Of a stretch of DNA of 64,000 nt, positions 59,601 to 64,000 are shown piece by piece. The position numbers and the translations under genes were made by a program. Each line of letters starts with the position of its first letter. The first letter of the stretch is position 1. Source of the DNA: Vulcanimicrobiota bacterium. Lineage in GTDB: Bacteria; Vulcanimicrobiota; Vulcanimicrobiia; Vulcanimicrobiales; Vulcanimicrobiaceae. The notes under the pieces were generated by a model. It did no database searches. It saw nothing but the letters and a program-made list of their open reading frames with translations, and was not told the origin of the DNA. The DNA is taken from NCBI GenBank assembly GCA_963714015.1, contig OY970223.1:2656001-2720000 (forward strand), given 5' to 3'.

Positions 59601-61236
59601 TTATCGGCCTACTGCAAAAAGTACCGCGTTATTTATGGCATAGATCTGGCCGTCGGGACCGATGGCGGTCGGCGTGTACGCTTCGCCGATGCCGCTCGTG
59701 AGCGCGATGCGCTGCTTGAATGAATTGCTCGGCAAATCCCAGCGATACAAATAGCCGTCTTCACTGTTGGCATACACTGCGCTGGTTTGCGGATCGACCG
59801 CAGCTGTGTTGATGCACCATTCGCGCACCCCGCCCGGGTAGTCCGGGTCCGGAGTAACGCCCTCGATCGTTTCCACTTGCTTCATCACCGTAACGGACGG
59901 CACGATCGGATCGGACTGCGCCGATGCCGGGTCGAGAATCGCGATTTCGTTATGCCCATTGCCCGTTCCGACGCCGCCATAGTTGTTATACTTCGTCATG
60001 AGTAGATATGCTGATGCTCCCTTATAGGAAGGGACGATTGAAGCGGGCACGATCGAGGCGGTGTCGTCCCATCCGAATGAGCCGGGCGCCTTCTGCTGCG
60101 CCAGCGTCGCGTCAAAATGCAGCAGCCATCCACGCTCGTTATGCGAACCTAGCGGCGATTCGAGCACACCGTAGTAAACGTCGCCGTCCGGACCGACAGT
60201 AGGGGACGCGGTGCCGTCGTCCGGGATCGTTGCGGGTGCGCCGGTTGCCGGATCCTTCAAATACACCTTTGATTTCGTACCGAGAGACTGGGTGTCGAGT
60301 CCAAGCAGATAACCGTTCGTGCCGTTACTAACGGCGACGTAGACGGTGCTTTGATCGGGTGAAAGCGCGAGCGCGTCATTCATCGCGACCTCCGACATCG
60401 ACGCATCGCCGGCAGCGCCGGCTGCCGAAACCCACGTTCCTTGACCGTTCGCGGCGATGCGCGCCACACCGCTCGTCAAATGTGCCGGGTTACTGCCGTT
60501 GACGGTGAACCCGAAGAAAATATTCCCGTTCCCGTCTGCCGTAAGAGGCGTATCGATTGCTACGGCGGCATCATACGCGCTCTTTGCGGAGTTATATGTG
60601 CTACTCCCGTAGAAAAAGGCCGTCTGCACGATACTTTGCGGCGAGTCGACATTATCGCGATAGAATGAGCTTTCCTCCGGCGCCGGGAAAATACAAACGG
60701 CCCGACGCCGTTAGGACTGTGTTGTAGCTCGGGGTCCAATAGTGCGGGGGAAATGTATAATCGCTCGATGTTTGCCAAACGAGCGCTCCGGTGGCGCCCG
60801 CCCGCGCTTGGATTTGATAGGCGCCCGCAGCACTCGTTTTCACTGCCACGACAACGGTGTTCCCGGGCGTAATGACGGGCGAACCGTAATGTTCGTAGAG
60901 TGTCCCCTGCTTATACATTGGTACCAAATCGATGGGGAGGCGCCAGTGAATGGCATTGAGCGGCTGCGCTTGCGCTGTAGATTGCGCCGCGTGTTGCGCG
61001 TCGTTTGCAAAGCCGAGCCACGGAGGGCCTTCAACGGCGACGCCTGCAGGCACCGAGGGGGCCGAGCCGTTGCAGCCTGCCGGGAGCGCCGCGACGGCGA
61101 TCAGCGCAAGCCGTTTCAACTTTCGGCTCCCGAAGCAAGAGCGGATTGCCGTTCGCTTCTTCGTCCGCATCGTTCGAATCCGTATTTGCATATCGAATAA
61201 AAATAAGCCTGCGGCTCGCGCACCCATCCGGCCCAC
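59601..61236 (-). CDS. Secreted PQQ-like beta-propeller lipoprotein (frameshift near 60655; start uncertain)
   Basis: PAGC lipobox; HYGSPVIT, SPTVGPDGDVY, YTPTAIGPDG. Confidence 0.7.
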
Positions 61237-61347
61237 GCGTACGGCCCCTGACTCGGCGCAGAGATAACAGCGTAGCGTTTTAAATTTTCACGTGCGCGTG
61301 AACTGTCGAAGTGGGCATTCCCGGTCTTTGCGCAGAAGTCGGGAGCC

Positions 61348-62520
61348 ATGAAGTTCAGCACCAAAGCCATCCACGCAGGACAGGGAGCCGACCCGGCAAC
61401 CGGCGCGACGATCGTTCCTATCTACCAAACGTCGACGTACACGCAAAGCGCCGTGGGCGAGCACAAAGGTTTCGACTACAGCCGCACGATTAATCCCACC
61501 CGCCTGGCTTTGGAGACGCAGCTCGCCGCACTCGAAGACGCCCGATACGGCTGCGCGTTCTCGAGCGGGATGGCCGCAACGTCGGCCGTGCTCAACATTC
61601 TGTCCGCCGGCGACCACGCAATCGTTACGGACGATCTGTACGGCGGCACCTACCGGCTGTTCTCGCGCGTGCTGGCCCGGTACGGTCTGGAGTTCACATA
61701 CGTCGATATGGCCGACCTCGAAGCGGTGCGAGCCGCGATCCGTCCGAACACCAAACTCTTTTGGATCGAAACTCCGACGAACCCCTTACTGAAGCTCATC
61801 GACATTCGCGCGATTTGCGCACTGCGGGGAAGCGGACAGATTGTCGTGGTGGACAACACGTTTGCGTCGCCGTATTTTCAGCGGCCGCTCGCGCTCGGTG
61901 CGGACGTCGTCGTGCATTCAACGACCAAATACATCGGCGGCCATAGCGACGTGGTGGGCGGAGCGGCGCTCACCAGCGACAAAGAGCTTTACGAGACCGT
62001 CAAGTTCCATCAGAACTCCGTCGGAGGCGTTCCCGGGCCGCAGGATGCATGGCTCACCATGCGGGGGGCGAAAACCTTGGCACTTCGCATGCGGGAGCAC
62101 GCGAAGAACGCGCAGTCCGTGGCCGAGTTCTTGGAAGCTCACGACGAGGTCGACCGCGTTTACTATCCGGGGCTGCCCTCGCATCCTCAGCACGACTTGG
62201 CAAAGCGTCAGATGACGGGCTTCGGCGGCATGGTTTCGTTCACGCTCAAAGGGCCGGAGCAGCGCGCAATCGACTTTGCGAACCGCATGCATTACTTCAG
62301 TCTTGCGGAAAGCTTAGGCGGCGTCGAGTCGCTGATCTGCCATCCGGCGCGCATGACCCACGGTTCGATCCCCAAAGAGGAACGCGAGAAGCGGGGCATC
62401 ACCGACGGATTGCTGCGACTGTCGGTCGGGATTGAAGACATCGACGACTTGATCGAAGATCTGAGCTCGGCTCTAAAGGCCGTTGCTAAAACTGATTCTT
62501 TGGATATGCTACGGCGCTGA
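61348..62520 (+). CDS. metB: Cystathionine gamma-synthase/lyase
   Basis: PIYQTST, YSRTINPT, ETPTNP, DNTF, HSTTKYIGGHSD, AESLGGVESL. Confidence 0.92.
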   Translation: MKFSTKAIHAGQGADPATGATIVPIYQTSTYTQSAVGEHKGFDYSRTINPTRLALETQLAALEDARYGCAFSSGMAATSAVLNILSAGDHAIVTDDLYGGTYRLFSRVLARYGLEFTYVDMADLEAVRAAIRPNTKLFWIETPTNPLLKLIDIRAICALRGSGQIVVVDNTFASPYFQRPLALGADVVVHSTTKYIGGHSDVVGGAALTSDKELYETVKFHQNSVGGVPGPQDAWLTMRGAKTLALRMREHAKNAQSVAEFLEAHDEVDRVYYPGLPSHPQHDLAKRQMTGFGGMVSFTLKGPEQRAIDFANRMHYFSLAESLGGVESLICHPARMTHGSIPKEEREKRGITDGLLRLSVGIEDIDDLIEDLSSALKAVAKTDSLDMLRR

Positions 62521-63052
62521 CGTTCGAAAGGATCTTTTTCGCGCTATTGCCGTCGAGCGTTCCGTATCCGCCCGCTACCGAAAGCGTGACTCCGCGCACG
62601 TGGTCGACCCATAGGTATTCAAAAATACGCTGCTGTCCCGAATCCTGCGTGACCGTAATGTCCAAGAAGTAGGCGGGCATGCCGTTCGGCAGCGTCGTCA
62701 GCTGCTTCTTGACGAACACCGAGTTGTCGTCGTTGCTCTGGTTGCGCGCTTGCCCTTCCGCTTCTTGTTCGAAGCTGTCCAAATCGTCGGTATAGTTTTC
62801 CATGCGAAGCGTGATGATCGTGCGGTCGGTTTGTTTCGGACGGCGCACGAACGCCGCGACGATCGTCGGCGCCTCGTACGCGTCGGGAGCCGTCGTGGCA
62901 GCAGGCATCGGAATCGCAATGTAATCGGCCGGCGCCGTGTACGACATTGCCGGATCGGTGTACGTGTGCGAGGGTTGCGCGGTCTGAGCGTGCAGGCCGG
63001 CGGGCAACGCAAGCAGAGTCAGGACCAGAGCGATAGTCGAGGCGCGGTTCAT
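62486..63052 (-). CDS. Secreted hypothetical protein
   Basis: Signal peptide MNRASTIALVLTLLALPAGLHA. Confidence 0.7.
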   Translation of the reverse strand: MNRASTIALVLTLLALPAGLHAQTAQPSHTYTDPAMSYTAPADYIAIPMPAATTAPDAYEAPTIVAAFVRRPKQTDRTIITLRMENYTDDLDSFEQEAEGQARNQSNDDNSVFVKKQLTTLPNGMPAYFLDITVTQDSGQQRIFEYLWVDHVRGVTLSVAGGYGTLDGNSAKKILSNVSAVAYPKNQF

Positions 63053-64000
63053 TCCATCTCCAAAACGGCCGCCAGGGCGGGCAAAGAGCGTTCGTAGCGG
63101 TATCCGATATTTCGATGGTCGTCCTCGAATTCTTCGTGCTGCACCGGAAGGCCCATGCCGCGCATGCGCTGGGCCATTACCCGCGCACCGACGTCGAGCG
63201 CGTATTCGTCGCGGCGGCCGCAATCGATGTACCGCAGGCGCAGCCGCTTAAGCTCCGCTTCCTTGCGCAGGCACATCTGCGCAGGGTCGAACTCGAGCCA
63301 ACGGCTGAAAACCTCTTCGCGAACCGCGCCCGTCTTGCGGTCGAACGGCAGATCCAGGTCGAACGCGGTCGCGCTGCGCGGCGTGTAAGCGGCCGAATAC
63401 CCGAGCATTTCGATAGCGGCAAATTCCGACCCGGAGCGCTTGTTCTGCGACTCGAAGTGCTCGACGAACCGCTCGATGTTCCATTCGTGCCGCTCGAGCA
63501 CGCGATGCGCTTCTGCGAATGCGCGCGTTTGCGCATACAAGAAATACGAGTCGCCGCTGTGAGAAGCGAAAGCGGCGAAGGTCCCCGGATACTGCATGCT
63601 CAGATAGAGCGCGCCGAAACCTCCGGATGATTTACCTAATACCGCGCGGCCCTGCTCGCTCGCGACCGTGCGATACGCGCCGTCCACGTGGCCGACGACG
63701 TCTCGAATGACATACGTCGCATAGTCACCGTTATGTATCGAATTGACGTACTGCGAGCCGCCGAGACGCGTGAACCCGTCGACCAGAGCGAGGATCGCCG
63801 GCGGCATGCGCCGTCCGGTCACGAGTCGATCCATCCATTGGACTACATTCGTTTCCCACGCGCGCGCGCTAAGCATTCCGGCCACGTCGCCGCTATAGCC
63901 GTGCAGACAATACAACACAGGATACCGGCGCGAACCATCGGGATCGTAGGCCGGCGGCAGGTATACTGCGACCGGACGCTCCGCGGGATCGCCGAGCGCG
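63049..64000 (-). CDS. Esterase (Fes-like alpha/beta hydrolase), 5' end off window
   Basis: VYLPPAY, LHG, GKSSGG nucleophile motif, DDH. Confidence 0.85.
   Translation of the reverse strand, partial: ALGDPAERPVAVYLPPAYDPDGSRRYPVLYCLHGYSGDVAGMLSARAWETNVVQWMDRLVTGRRMPPAILALVDGFTRLGGSQYVNSIHNGDYATYVIRDVVGHVDGAYRTVASEQGRAVLGKSSGGFGALYLSMQYPGTFAAFASHSGDSYFLYAQTRAFAEAHRVLERHEWNIERFVEHFESQNKRSGSEFAAIEMLGYSAAYTPRSATAFDLDLPFDRKTGAVREEVFSRWLEFDPAQMCLRKEAELKRLRLRYIDCGRRDEYALDVGARVMAQRMRGMGLPVQHEEFEDDHRNIGYRYERSLPALAAVLEME

Overview
Positions 1 to about 42,400 are the right-hand part of a temperate myovirus-type prophage, with almost all genes on the - strand. It carries a tail sheath 5' end, neck genes, major capsid, scaffold, portal, terminase, fibre-like genes, a long accessory/methylase region, a DnaC plus DUF1376 replication module, a Sak4-like recombinase, a cro/cI switch and a large serine integrase. 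It appears to be inserted in a small host gene at about 42,400. The rest is host chromosome of a GC-rich bacterium: tRNA-Ile, two tRNA-Ala, rnpB, rapZ-yvcK, cystathionine beta-synthase and gamma-lyase/synthase, an IS3 element and lipoproteins. Gene content suggests Ca. Eremiobacterota/Vulcanimicrobiota, but this is an inference. Many phage and host genes carry single-base frameshifts, most likely uncorrected read errors. The main findings are: (1) a candidate arbitrium-like peptide communication module beside the integrase, made of a small secreted peptide, a TPR-LuxR receptor, two identical palindromic operators and a short promoter/terminator unit pointing antisense at the cI operon; (2) a phage-encoded Prp-family protease with a matching N-terminal motif on both capsid and scaffold; (3) a stand-alone degenerate copy of the terminase nuclease domain; (4) a parS site next to att; (5) a CheY-like receiver inside the virion operon. 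All calls come from reading motifs by eye; no database searches were run.
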